From positions 870,001 through 902,000 of the forward strand of contig NC_006138.1 of NCBI RefSeq assembly GCF_000025945.1: DNA of 32,000 nucleotides, written 5' to 3'. Source of the DNA: Desulfotalea psychrophila LSv54. Lineage in GTDB: Bacteria; Desulfobacterota; Desulfobulbia; Desulfobulbales; Desulfocapsaceae. Of the stretch, positions 18,261-27,385 are shown piece after piece (positions within the stretch are counted from its first letter, which is position 1; every line of letters starts with the position of its first letter). A program made the translations under genes and the position numbers. The notes beneath the pieces are model-generated. The model had not been told where the DNA came from, ran no database searches, and saw only the letters and a list, made by a program, of their open reading frames with translations.

Positions 18261-19801
18261 TCATCGACCTTTGCCTTTGGCAGTAGGAATGAGACGATAA
18301 ATCCTGCTGTACTGACACCGGCAAAGGCGAGGCCTAGTAACCCCAGAGTACCTATAAATCCAGGTTGTTGAGAGATGCGATCCGCCAGAATGAGAATTGA
18401 TGAGCCGACGATAAGGGCGGCAATAATCATGGACATTCCCATTATTCTACTGGACGTGTCAATATGACTGGCAAGGTGCTCGATACGTTTGAGCTCCAGA
18501 TTGAAGGTGAAGCGATCACGGCGAAAGCGTTCGAGGATATCGTGTAGCCCTCCGGGGATCTCTTCGAGTAGCTCAAGGTATTGGACTATTGATCTGCCAA
18601 ACCTCTTATGGATTGCCTTCATGCTGTAGCGAGTGACTATCACCTTCTCAATCATTGGTCTGACGTGATTTATCACATCAAAGCTGGGATCAAATTGTTC
18701 TGCCACGCCTTCAATAGTGGTGAGGGCTTTGGTGAGGAGGAGAAGGTCGCTCGGGCAGCGAATTTTGAAACGTTGGAGCATGGTGAAAAAATCCGAGAGC
18801 ATTTCGCTAATATTGAAATTATCGAGGTTGTCGCTTTGTAGCTGGCTGGTGAGGTGTTGCAGCTCTATGTAGAAATCACGGGTTGTGGTTAGGGCAGGGT
18901 CAACATCGGTGAGCTCTATAACGACTCTGCGCAATTTTTCGCTGTCCCCGTCTATTATGCCGGTGACAAGGTTGATCAGCTGGTCGGTGGTCCGTTTGTC
19001 AAGGCGGCCCACCATGCCACAGTCGATAAAGCAGAGGCTGCCGTCCTTGCGCAGTATGATGTTGCCTGGATGAGGGTCGGCGTGGAAGAGGCCAAATTCC
19101 AGACACTGTTTAAAGACAGCATTGGTGCCGTTGGCAACGATGGATCTTCGTTGTGCCTTTGTCAGCTCTTCGGGGTTAAGCGAGGCCAGCATTTCTCCCT
19201 GAATCTCTTCCAGGGCAAGCACGTTTCTGGTAGTGGCCTCCCAGTATACCTTGGGGAAATGTATTTGTGGGTCGTCTGTAAAATATTTTCCAAGTCTCTC
19301 TGTTGATTGGCCCTCGTTTATAAAGTTTGTCTCTTGGGAGAGTTGGCGGGAAAATTCTTTGGCTACGGCTCTGGCACTGTAGCCCAGGTTGGAAAAATAT
19401 TGGTCAACAATCTGGGCCAGTGTTTCAAAAAGGGCCATGTCCTCTTCGATGAGCTTCTTATTTCCGGGTCGAATAATTTTTAAGACAATTTTACTGCCAT
19501 CGTACAGCCTTGCTCTGTGAACCTGAGCAATAGATGCTGTGGCAAGAGGAGTCTCCTCTATTGATTGGAAGAGTTCTCTTTTTTTTCCCAGAAATTCTTT
19601 TTCCAGCACCTCGGTTATTTCGGAGAAGGGGATGGGAGTGCATTGAGCCTGTAGCTTTTTCAGCTCGTCGCACCATTCAGGGGGAATGAGATCCGGTCTT
19701 GTCGATAAAATTTGTCCAAGTTTTATAAATGTCGGTCCGAGTTTTTCCAGTATGAGACGAACGCGGATGGCCTTTGGTTCAGTAGAATTTTTCTCCTCAT
19801 C
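18257..19801 (-). CDS. ABC1/UbiB (AarF) atypical kinase family protein, main body; no start codon in frame upstream of an internal GTG
   Basis: The frame is open from 19801 down to TAG at 18257-18259. It encodes LGPTFIKLGQILSTRPDLIPPEW, ASIAQVHRA, HADPHPGNI and FIDCGMVG, plus C-terminal TM helices. The ORF-track start at 19609 is an internal Val codon. TAA at 19802-19804 closes the frame upstream. Confidence 0.9.
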   Translation of the reverse strand, partial: DEEKNSTEPKAIRVRLILEKLGPTFIKLGQILSTRPDLIPPEWCDELKKLQAQCTPIPFSEITEVLEKEFLGKKRELFQSIEETPLATASIAQVHRARLYDGSKIVLKIIRPGNKKLIEEDMALFETLAQIVDQYFSNLGYSARAVAKEFSRQLSQETNFINEGQSTERLGKYFTDDPQIHFPKVYWEATTRNVLALEEIQGEMLASLNPEELTKAQRRSIVANGTNAVFKQCLEFGLFHADPHPGNIILRKDGSLCFIDCGMVGRLDKRTTDQLINLVTGIIDGDSEKLRRVVIELTDVDPALTTTRDFYIELQHLTSQLQSDNLDNFNISEMLSDFFTMLQRFKIRCPSDLLLLTKALTTIEGVAEQFDPSFDVINHVRPMIEKVIVTRYSMKAIHKRFGRSIVQYLELLEEIPGGLHDILERFRRDRFTFNLELKRIEHLASHIDTSSRIMGMSMIIAALIVGSSILILADRISQQPGFIGTLGLLGLAFAGVSTAGFIVSFLLPKAKVDD

Positions 19802-19937
19802 TTAGTCTCCTGTCCAAAAATATGTGGAGGCCACTATCTATCACCATTTGCTTGAAGCCAAAGCTTGATAATGTCGTGATAATTTCGGTGAATCGTTTTG
19901 TGTTTCGAATGGTGCGTTTGATCTGTGGGATTTTCAT
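19797..19937 (-). CDS. N-terminal 46 codons of the same ABC1/UbiB gene, in a different reading frame (frameshifted or split gene)
   Basis: The ORF runs from ATG at 19937 to TGA at 19797-19799. It encodes MKIPQIKRTIRNTKRFTEIITTLSSFGFKQMVIDSGLHIFLDRRLR, which resembles the usual N-terminal segment of ABC1 proteins. It is too short for the ORF track. Joined to the main body it gives ~559 aa, the normal family length. Confidence 0.65.
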   Translation of the reverse strand: MKIPQIKRTIRNTKRFTEIITTLSSFGFKQMVIDSGLHIFLDRRLR

Positions 19938-20066
19938 GGGCTGTGTTATGGTAAGAGTGAAGTGGGAAAATCTAATTCTTTACTATATCGTTCAGAAGGG
20001 TATAAAATCAAGTAATGCCTCCTTGTTCATATGGGGCAATCTTAATAACATAAAGTAGATAAGGTT

Positions 20067-21920
20067 ATGAAGCAGGGTGAAGATGTTGTTGCGCTTATAA
20101 AAGAGCGGGCAGATATTGTCCAGATTATTGGGGAGACGGTTGAGTTGCGGCGAAGTGGTAGCCGTTACGTAGGCCTCTGTCCCTTTCATGGTGAGAAGAC
20201 GCCGTCTTTCTCTGTTACGGCAGGAGAACAGTTCTTTCATTGTTTTGGTTGTGGCGAGTCAGGTGATGTGCTCAGCTATGTGATGAAGTATTACGCGCTC
20301 TCTTTTCCTGAAGCGTTGAAGATGCTTGCTGAACGTTATGGGGTGGTCTTGCCGGAGAGAAAACAGTCTGCTCAGGAAAAGGCTCTGGCTGAAAAACGGA
20401 AAAAGATGTTTGCCCTGAATGAGAAGGTGGCTGCTATTTATGGCCAGTATCTTCGGACTAATAGGGGGGCTGGTGCGGCTCGTGATTACCTTGTCAGGCG
20501 GGGTGTGGGGAAAAAGATATCTGCAGATTATGGCCTCTGTTATGCCCCGTCTCAGGATGTGGAGGGTTGGCATTTCCTGGGAGGTCATTTGGCAAAGGAG
20601 GAGCTTGTCCTGGCCGCAGAGTTGGGCCTTGTTTCCGCTAAGGAAAACGGTGGTTATTATGATCGATTTCGGGACAGGATCCTCTTTCCCATAAGGGATA
20701 TAGCAGGGCAGATCTGTGGCTTTGGCGGCCGCATCATAGGTGAGGGGCAGCCAAAGTATATGAACTCCCCAGAAAGTCTTATCTTTAATAAAAGCAGTCT
20801 GCTCTTGGGACTTTATCAGCAAAAAGAGGATATTCGCAGGGCAGGTTCGGTTGTCTTTGTTGAGGGCAACTTTGACCTCATCTCTCTTGTTGGCGCCGGG
20901 GTAAAGAATGTTGTTGCGCCTCTGGGGACGGCCCTTACCCGTGAACATCTTCGCTTAGTTAAGCGCTTTGCCGAAGGTGCTGTGATGTTATTTGATGGAG
21001 ATAAGGCGGGAGTTCAGGCCGCTGTTCGTAGCGTGCCCCTGTTTCTCGGTGAAAATTTGATGGGGAAGGTCTCCCTTCTGCCGGAGGGAGAAGATCCCGA
21101 TACTTATGTGCGCCGGCATGGCGGTAGGGGCATCCTTGAGCTGTTGGCTGAAGCTAGTCCTTTGCCGGAATTCGCCTTTGAAAATTTGGTGCAGGAGCAT
21201 GGCCTCTCTCTTGATGGCAAGAGCAGGGTTATAGAGGGGCTGAAGCCTTTGGTGCAGGCAGCGACCTCCTCTCTGCAACGTTCAGTGATATTGTCGCATT
21301 TTGCCGAAAAACTCGGTCTTGATGTGATCAGTTTGGAAAGAAATTTACAGACGGGCGAAGGTGGTCCTGCTCAAAAAAATGTTTTGCCCAGTTCTGTGCC
21401 AGTGATCACGCCGCTTAAGCAAAAAAAAACCGAGGCTGTGCTGCCCCTTGATTCTGTCCAGAGGCGTTTTGTCCAATTTATGGTTTTGCACCCCTCTCTC
21501 TTTGACAGGCTTGTCGCTATGGGGATGCGCAATATTTTGTTGGGAAGTGTGGGGGAGATTATATTTCTCCATATGACCTCCCTTCTGCGGAAGCACAGGG
21601 TCTTGGAACCGGAAGAGTTTTTAGGTCTCTTGCCCAAGGGTGTAGAGCGAAAGGTGGTTGCCGAAATTTTGTTGAAGCAGGGTGACGGTCTTGCTGAAGG
21701 GGACGATCCCTTAGGGGAACTGGCTGAGCTTGAGGCATATTTAGAGGTGGCCTTGTTAAAGAAGAAGTCAAATGATATTCTTCTTTCTATTCAGGGGCTT
21801 GATCAGGTGAATGAACTCGATAAATTGCAAGATCTTTTGCTTGAAAAGATGGCTGTAGAGTTGGAATTGCAGGGGGTGCTGGAAAATTTCCAGTTGTTAG
21901 AGATATTGGTATTTGTTTGA
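20067..21920 (+). CDS. dnaG: DNA primase
   Basis: Zinc finger CPFHGEKTPSFSV...FHCFGCGESGD. TOPRIM segments VVFVEGNFDLISL and LFDGDKAG. 617 aa. Confidence 0.96.
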   Translation: MKQGEDVVALIKERADIVQIIGETVELRRSGSRYVGLCPFHGEKTPSFSVTAGEQFFHCFGCGESGDVLSYVMKYYALSFPEALKMLAERYGVVLPERKQSAQEKALAEKRKKMFALNEKVAAIYGQYLRTNRGAGAARDYLVRRGVGKKISADYGLCYAPSQDVEGWHFLGGHLAKEELVLAAELGLVSAKENGGYYDRFRDRILFPIRDIAGQICGFGGRIIGEGQPKYMNSPESLIFNKSSLLLGLYQQKEDIRRAGSVVFVEGNFDLISLVGAGVKNVVAPLGTALTREHLRLVKRFAEGAVMLFDGDKAGVQAAVRSVPLFLGENLMGKVSLLPEGEDPDTYVRRHGGRGILELLAEASPLPEFAFENLVQEHGLSLDGKSRVIEGLKPLVQAATSSLQRSVILSHFAEKLGLDVISLERNLQTGEGGPAQKNVLPSSVPVITPLKQKKTEAVLPLDSVQRRFVQFMVLHPSLFDRLVAMGMRNILLGSVGEIIFLHMTSLLRKHRVLEPEEFLGLLPKGVERKVVAEILLKQGDGLAEGDDPLGELAELEAYLEVALLKKKSNDILLSIQGLDQVNELDKLQDLLLEKMAVELELQGVLENFQLLEILVFV

Positions 21921-21927
21921 ATTCTGT

Positions 21928-21956
21928 TTGCTATTCGTTTGATATTTTGATATAAA
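21928..21956 (+). promoter_or_regulatory. Candidate sigma-70 promoter for rpoD in the dnaG-rpoD spacer
   Basis: TTGCTA (21928-21933), a 17-nt spacer, then TATAAA (21951-21956), about 78 nt upstream of the rpoD ATG. The tandem 8-mer TTTGATAT x2 (21938-21953) lies in the spacer. Pattern match only. Confidence 0.3.
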
Positions 21957-22033
21957 TTGTGTTTTAGGTTTTGTTTCTTATTTGCGTGAGGGAGCGATGT
22001 TTTGACTTTTTTCTTATAACTCGGAGTGCTTAG

Positions 22034-23638
22034 ATGACCATAGGGAAAGAATCATTGGCCGGTGTTGGTGAGTGTAGGGTGAGCGGTGAATTTTCATTGG
22101 ATAAAACTATTGTTCCCCTGGCCTTAACGAAGCAGAAAAAATCTTCTCCTGTGCTTGGAGAGCCCTTAGTAGCAGGTTCTGATTTGTTGAAGGAAGGAGT
22201 CCGAGCCCCTAAGCGCCGTATTTCTTCTTCGCAGAGAAAGCAGGGTGATTCGACGGCAGCCGCAGACTCCATGAATATTTATATGCGGGAGATGGGGAGC
22301 CTGAAGCTTCTTAAGTATGATGATGAGCGAAAACTCGCTCAGACTATTGAAAAGGGGAAAAAACAGGTGCAGTTTGCTGTTTTACAGTCCACCCTTGCCA
22401 TGCCAATTCTTCTCCAGATGAAAGAAACTATTGTAGAAAACCCTGGTAAAATATCTCTCTTTGTCGGAGGTATTCCCGATGCTCAATTTGATGTTATTGC
22501 AGAGGCGTGTGATGTCTTCCTTGCCAATTGGCAGACCTGTGTGGGGCTTGATGGGCAACGGAAGAAGTATCTTAAGAAATATCTTTCCCCATCTCTGAGC
22601 GCAGATGCCAGGGAGAAGCTACTCTTTAATATTTTGCAATGTGGAAAGCAGATAGCTGAGCTGTTTGAAGATAGGGTGCTCTCTTCTGAGTATGTCAACA
22701 TGGTCGCCCAGGCAGCCGAGGATCTCTCTAAGCGATTTCGTAAAATTTTTGTTGAGCTTATTGCCGGGGAAGGAGACTTGCCGGAGGAGGAGATGCGGAG
22801 CCCGGAAGAGCTTGAGCGGTTGGTTGATCTGCAGTTTATTCGCGAATCGGGCAGTAGTCTACAAAGTCTTAATGAACTGTTAAAAGAAGTTGAAGAGGGT
22901 CGTTTTATAAGCAAAGAGGCCAAGGAGGCCTTGGTGCGGGCCAATCTTCGTCTAGTGATTTCGGTGTCCAAGCGTTTTGTTAATAGAGGTCTGCAATTTT
23001 CTGATCTTATCCAGGAGGGTAATATTGGTTTGATGAAGGCTGTGGAAAAATTTGATTACCGTCGTGGTTTTAAATTCAGTACCTATGCGACCTGGTGGAT
23101 TCGCCAATCTATTACTCGTGGCATTGCCGATCAGGGGAGAACGATCAGGTTGCCCGTGCATATGATTGAGACGATTAACCGAATGCTTCGTGTGTCAAAG
23201 GATTTTTATCTGGAGGAACATCGGGAACCGTCCGTGGAAGAGGTGGCAGGTCAACTCGGGACGGAGGTTGACAAGGTTAAGTCTGCTTTGAAAATTGCCA
23301 AAGATGCTATTTCGCTCGACACGCCGGTGGGTGATGATGGCGAGACGTATTTAGGTGATTTTATTGTTGATAAAAATTGTCTCGGCCCTGATGGCTTTGC
23401 CATGGTGGCAAGCCTTAAGGAGTGTCTCAGTCAGGTGCTCTCCTCTCTTTCTCCCCGTGAGGAGAAGGTGTTGAAGATGCGTTATGGCATCCTTGAAAAG
23501 CGGGAGTATACCCTGGAAGAGGTTGGACGTTGTTTTAATGTGACTCGGGAAAGAATCAGGCAAATCGAGGCGCAGGCAATCTCTAAATTAAAGCATCCAT
23601 CCCGTTGCGGTGATCTGAAGGTTTTCATGACCGATTAG
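22034..23638 (+). CDS. rpoD: RNA polymerase primary-type sigma factor (sigma-70 family, group 1-like)
   Basis: Region 1.2-like [16 protein letters not shown]. Region 2 motifs [29 protein letters not shown] and [15 protein letters not shown]. Region 4.2 [20 protein letters not shown]. It follows dnaG as in the classical macromolecular-synthesis operon. Confidence 0.93.
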   Translation: MTIGKESLAGVGECRVSGEFSLDKTIVPLALTKQKKSSPVLGEPLVAGSDLLKEGVRAPKRRISSSQRKQGDSTAAADSMNIYMREMGSLKLLKYDDERKLAQTIEKGKKQVQFAVLQSTLAMPILLQMKETIVENPGKISLFVGGIPDAQFDVIAEACDVFLANWQTCVGLDGQRKKYLKKYLSPSLSADAREKLLFNILQCGKQIAELFEDRVLSSEYVNMVAQAAEDLSKRFRKIFVELIAGEGDLPEEEMRSPEELERLVDLQFIRESGSSLQSLNELLKEVEEGRFISKEAKEALVRANLRLVISVSKRFVNRGLQFSDLIQEGNIGLMKAVEKFDYRRGFKFSTYATWWIRQSITRGIADQGRTIRLPVHMIETINRMLRVSKDFYLEEHREPSVEEVAGQLGTEVDKVKSALKIAKDAISLDTPVGDDGETYLGDFIVDKNCLGPDGFAMVASLKECLSQVLSSLSPREEKVLKMRYGILEKREYTLEEVGRCFNVTRERIRQIEAQAISKLKHPSRCGDLKVFMTD

Positions 23639-23680
23639 GGCGGAACTGTGGGGAGGTTGGATGATGGATGGTCTTGTTGA

Positions 23681-24754
23681 TTGGGATTGCCCCTCTGCTC
23701 TGCTTCGGGGCTGGGAGTGCGCGGTTTTTGGCGACTTATTGAGTTTTATCATCATCCAAGCAGGGTGTTGGACGCATCTCTTGCTCAAATTCGATCTGTT
23801 GCAGGTCTTAGAGAGGGGCAGCTAGCAGGTTTTGCCGATCCCCAGTCTCTTCGTCTTTCTGCGGCAGAAGAGCTTGGCAGATTAGATGCTCTTGGCCTGT
23901 TGGCCATTTCGTTTTCATCTCCTCTCTATCCTGAGAACCTTAAACAAATTTTTGATCCTCCTCCTGTTCTCTATGCATCCGGTGATCTCTCCCTCTTGAA
24001 TACTCATGCCCTTGCCATTGTCGGGGCTCGGGCATCGACCTCGTATGGCAGACGAGTTGCCCATAATCTTTCCTCGGCGGTCTCTCTTGCCGGCCTGACG
24101 GTTGTTTCTGGCCTTGCCCTTGGCGTTGATACGGCGGCCCATGAGGGGGCTTTGGCTGTTTCCGGTAAGACTATTGCTGTACTTGGCTGTGGCCTTGATA
24201 TTGTCTATCCCTATCAGAATAAAAAACTCTATAAAATCATTGCTGGGGAAGGTCTTGTTATTACTGAATATCCTCTGGGGACCCGACCCGATGGCTTTCG
24301 TTTTCCGGCCCGGAATAGGATTATTGCCGGTATGAGCGATGGTGTTTTGGTGGTGGAGGCAGCAAGGAAATCAGGCTCTCTTATTACTGCCCAGCTTGCC
24401 CTTGATTTTAATAGAGAGGTGTTTGCCGTACCGGGTCAGATCGACTCGGTTAAAAGCGCCGGGACTCACATCCTCCTGCAGCAGGGGGCAAAGCTTGTTC
24501 ATGATGTCACTGATATTTTAGAAGAATTTCCATTTCCTCTCCGTGTCGGGCAGGGTGGGCAGAAGGGTGAGGCGAGCCTGCCGTCGGAGGCGGGCCAGCA
24601 GATTTTGGATCTCTTGGATGTCTATCCTTCTTCCCAAGAAGAGCTTATGGTAGAGTCGAAACTTTCAGCAAAAAAAGTGGCAGAGGAGTTATTGTTGCTT
24701 GAACTTGAAGACTTGATTGAGATTTTGCCGGGAAATATGGTACGTAGAGTATGA
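23681..24754 (+). CDS. dprA: DNA processing protein DprA (Smf)
   Basis: Rossmann-type DprA core GLALGVDTAAHEGAL and ARNRIIAG. C-terminal winged-helix-like tail. The only in-frame start is TTG at 23681, right after an in-frame TGA; see the finding on start ambiguity. Confidence 0.88.
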   Translation: MGLPLCSASGLGVRGFWRLIEFYHHPSRVLDASLAQIRSVAGLREGQLAGFADPQSLRLSAAEELGRLDALGLLAISFSSPLYPENLKQIFDPPPVLYASGDLSLLNTHALAIVGARASTSYGRRVAHNLSSAVSLAGLTVVSGLALGVDTAAHEGALAVSGKTIAVLGCGLDIVYPYQNKKLYKIIAGEGLVITEYPLGTRPDGFRFPARNRIIAGMSDGVLVVEAARKSGSLITAQLALDFNREVFAVPGQIDSVKSAGTHILLQQGAKLVHDVTDILEEFPFPLRVGQGGQKGEASLPSEAGQQILDLLDVYPSSQEELMVESKLSAKKVAEELLLLELEDLIEILPGNMVRRV

Positions 24755-24823
24755 AGATAAAAGATCATAACATTTTGAAAAATAAGGGCATTTTTGTTTT
24801 ATGCCGGATAGAGGGAACAGGAT

Positions 24824-25510
24824 ATGCAAAGTATAAAAATAGCACCATCGATTCTTTCTGCTGATTTCACTCGTTTGGGCGAGGAGATAGAGGCCGTCGA
24901 TAGGGCTGGTGCAGAAGTTATTCATATAGATGTCATGGATGGACATTTCGTGCCTAATATTACCATAGGCCCTCTGGTGGTTGAGGCGGCGCGGCGGGTT
25001 ACCGATAAGGTTCTTGATGTGCATCTGATGATCAGTGATGCGGATAGGTATGTTGATAGTTTTGTTAAGGCCGGTGCTGACTGGGTGACGGTGCATGTAG
25101 AGACCTGTACCCATCTGCATAGAACGGTCAGTCGGATTAAGGAGTTGGGGGCAAAGGCAGGAGCTGTGCTGAACCCTGCAACCTCACTTGCCTCCCTTGA
25201 CTTTATCCTGGAGGATCTCGATCTTGTCATGCTGATGAGTGTTAATCCCGGGTTTGGCGGTCAGTCTTTTATCCCCTCTACCCTGGAGAAGAGCTGGCAG
25301 CTTCATCAACGTATTCAGAGCCTTGGCTTGGAAATTGGCATTGAGATAGATGGTGGTATCAATGCCGCAACCATTGCCGATGCCACCGAAGCCGGGGCAA
25401 ACATCTTTGTCGCAGGATCAGCCGTTTATGGGAGCTCTGATTACTCAGAGACTATTGCCGAATTGAAGAAATTGGCAGCAGTTGGCCTTACCAAGCGAAG
25501 GGAAAAATAG
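24824..25510 (+). CDS. rpe: Ribulose-phosphate 3-epimerase
   Basis: IAPSILSADF, HIDVMDGHFVPN, MSVNPGFGGQSF and EIDGGI motifs. Confidence 0.95.
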   Translation: MQSIKIAPSILSADFTRLGEEIEAVDRAGAEVIHIDVMDGHFVPNITIGPLVVEAARRVTDKVLDVHLMISDADRYVDSFVKAGADWVTVHVETCTHLHRTVSRIKELGAKAGAVLNPATSLASLDFILEDLDLVMLMSVNPGFGGQSFIPSTLEKSWQLHQRIQSLGLEIGIEIDGGINAATIADATEAGANIFVAGSAVYGSSDYSETIAELKKLAAVGLTKRREK

Positions 25511-25526
25511 TTTTTGGGGAGAGCGG

Positions 25527-27131
25527 ATGTTTGCAAGTTATAAAAGTATACAGGAGACCTGTGCATTTGAAAAATTATCAGAGCTTGCTCAAAGCCCCTA
25601 TGATCTAACTCAGCCGGGGGCCCTGCAGGCAGATAATCGTCTGCAGCGATATCAGGTTGCAGGTCAGGCCTTTAAACTCTTCTATGCAACGGAGCAGGTG
25701 GATGACAGGGTGCTTGCCGGCCTGCAGGCGGTGGCCGATGAGTGCCAGCTTGTCTCTCAGTACAGGGCAATGCGAACCGGCGCCGTCATGAACAAAATAG
25801 ATGGATTTGTTAGTGAGAATCGCCGGGTGCTACACACTGCTACCCGTGATCTCTTTTCGGGGGAGCCAGCGGAAGCATCAATGAACTCAAGGGCCAAAAG
25901 GGAATTGGAAAAACTCTCTCACTTTCTTGATGCCCTTGATGCCGGTGAGATTGTTAACGAGGCGGGAGAGGCCTTTACTACCATTGTTCAGGTGGGTATA
26001 GGTGGCTCTGATTTGGGTCCCCGGGCCGTATATGAGGCCCTGAAATCCTATACTATTGTCGGCAGAAGGGCAGCCTTTATCTCTAATGTTGATCCCGACG
26101 ATGTCTCCATGGCCCTGGCCGATCTTGACCTTGGCAAAACCATTTTTAATATTGTCTCCAAGAGTGGTTCAACCCTTGAGACGGTGACCAACGAGGCCTT
26201 TGTTCGTCGAGCTCTCTTGGAAAATGGTTATGATTCGGCTCGACACTGTATTTCTATCACCGGTGAGGGGTCGCCCATGGATGATCCTGATTCTTATCTG
26301 GCCTCCTTTTATCTCTATGATTGTATCGGCGGTCGCTACAGTACCACCTCCATGGTGGGTTGTGTCCTGCTTGGCTTTACCCTCGGTTTTGAGCAGGTAA
26401 TGGCCTTTTTGCGTGGGGCCGCTAATATGGATAACTCTGCCGATGAGGTTGATATTCTAAAAAATATTCCTCTTCTTATGGCCCTTATAGGGATTTGGAA
26501 CCGAAATTTCCTCGATCTTTCCAGTTTGGCGATTATTCCCTATTCTCAGGCACTGTATCGTTTTCCTGCTCATTTACAGCAGTGCGATATGGAGAGTAAT
26601 GGTAAGTCCGTTGACCGGCAGGGGCGGGCTGTGCAGGGGAAGACGGGGCCGATTATTTGGGGAGAGACGGGGAGCAACAGCCAACATGCTTTTTTTCAGC
26701 ATATCTATCAGGGAACCTCGCCGGTACCCATTGAGTTTATTGGATTTTCTGAGTCGCAACGTGGTAAGGATATAGAGGTGCAGGGCTGCACCTCACAGCA
26801 AAAGCTTCTAGCCAATCTCTTTGCCCAGATGGTGGCCCTTGCCTGCGGTAAAAAAGATCAGAATCTCAATAAGTTTTTTGCGGGAAACAGACCAAGTTGT
26901 CTGCTCTTTGCAAAAAAGCTCACCCCCTATGTTATGGGAAGCCTGCTTGCCTGCTATGAGGCAAAAATTGTCTTTCAGGGCTTTGCCTGGAATATAAACT
27001 CCTTTGATCAGGAGGGTGTGCAGTTGGGTAAGGAGCTTGCCAAGAGATTTTTACGTGAAATCGGGGGTGAAGAAGAGGGTTTTCACGGGATAGAATCTGC
27101 TTTTCTTAATGAAGTTCAAAGGGGCGTATAA
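25527..27131 (+). CDS. pgi: Glucose-6-phosphate isomerase
   Basis: GIGGSDLGP, SKSGSTLET and DCIGGRYS motifs. I prefer ATG 25527 (GGGGAGAG SD, no overlap with rpe) over the ORF-track start at 25482. Confidence 0.92.
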   Translation: MFASYKSIQETCAFEKLSELAQSPYDLTQPGALQADNRLQRYQVAGQAFKLFYATEQVDDRVLAGLQAVADECQLVSQYRAMRTGAVMNKIDGFVSENRRVLHTATRDLFSGEPAEASMNSRAKRELEKLSHFLDALDAGEIVNEAGEAFTTIVQVGIGGSDLGPRAVYEALKSYTIVGRRAAFISNVDPDDVSMALADLDLGKTIFNIVSKSGSTLETVTNEAFVRRALLENGYDSARHCISITGEGSPMDDPDSYLASFYLYDCIGGRYSTTSMVGCVLLGFTLGFEQVMAFLRGAANMDNSADEVDILKNIPLLMALIGIWNRNFLDLSSLAIIPYSQALYRFPAHLQQCDMESNGKSVDRQGRAVQGKTGPIIWGETGSNSQHAFFQHIYQGTSPVPIEFIGFSESQRGKDIEVQGCTSQQKLLANLFAQMVALACGKKDQNLNKFFAGNRPSCLLFAKKLTPYVMGSLLACYEAKIVFQGFAWNINSFDQEGVQLGKELAKRFLREIGGEEEGFHGIESAFLNEVQRGV

Positions 27132-27166
27132 GTTAGGTTGGCTCGGTGCTTTCTCTAGGTTTTTTG

Positions 27167-27195
27167 TTGACAAAAAAGAGTGACGCAATTATTCT
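27167..27195 (+). promoter_or_regulatory. Candidate sigma-70 promoter upstream of dsrA
   Basis: TTGACA (27167-27172), a 17-nt spacer, then TATTCT (27190-27195). This would give a ~185-nt leader before the dsrA ATG. Pattern match only. Confidence 0.3.
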
Positions 27196-27385
27196 GCCGC
27201 TTTGATTGGCATGATTGCGATTTAAATATGTCTTTTTGTCTTTTAGTGGTATAGAAAGGTTTGTTTTTTGAATATTCGCTTATTCCTTGCATCAAAACGA
27301 TTGATTTGGTGAGGGATTAGAGCTATAAGAACGTATCATATTTGGTGAAGGTAGTAGTCTAAACAGTAATTCAAAGGAGGAAATC

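Noticed and set aside
19780-19799. Selenocysteine or stop read-through at the TGA (19799-19797) ending the UbiB N-terminal fragment
   Set aside because: Reading through in the same frame hits another TGA six codons later (GGA GAA AAA TTC TAC TGA). It never enters the kinase frame, so read-through cannot rescue the gene.
19776-19800. SD-ATG at 19800 as the true start of the UbiB body via an A5-run indel (19788-19792)
   Set aside because: This needs two events: a natural split from the N-terminal 46 codons plus a separate 1-nt change in the A-run. A single +1 event at the TGA explains everything. As written, the ATG frame stops after 25 codons.
23661-23828. Independent ~55-aa gene starting at the strong SD-ATG upstream of dprA
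   Set aside because: The product (MMDGLVDWDCPSALLRGWECAVF...) is unrecognisable and overlaps the conserved DprA N-terminus in another frame. It is more simply explained as the dprA start displaced by a frame problem.
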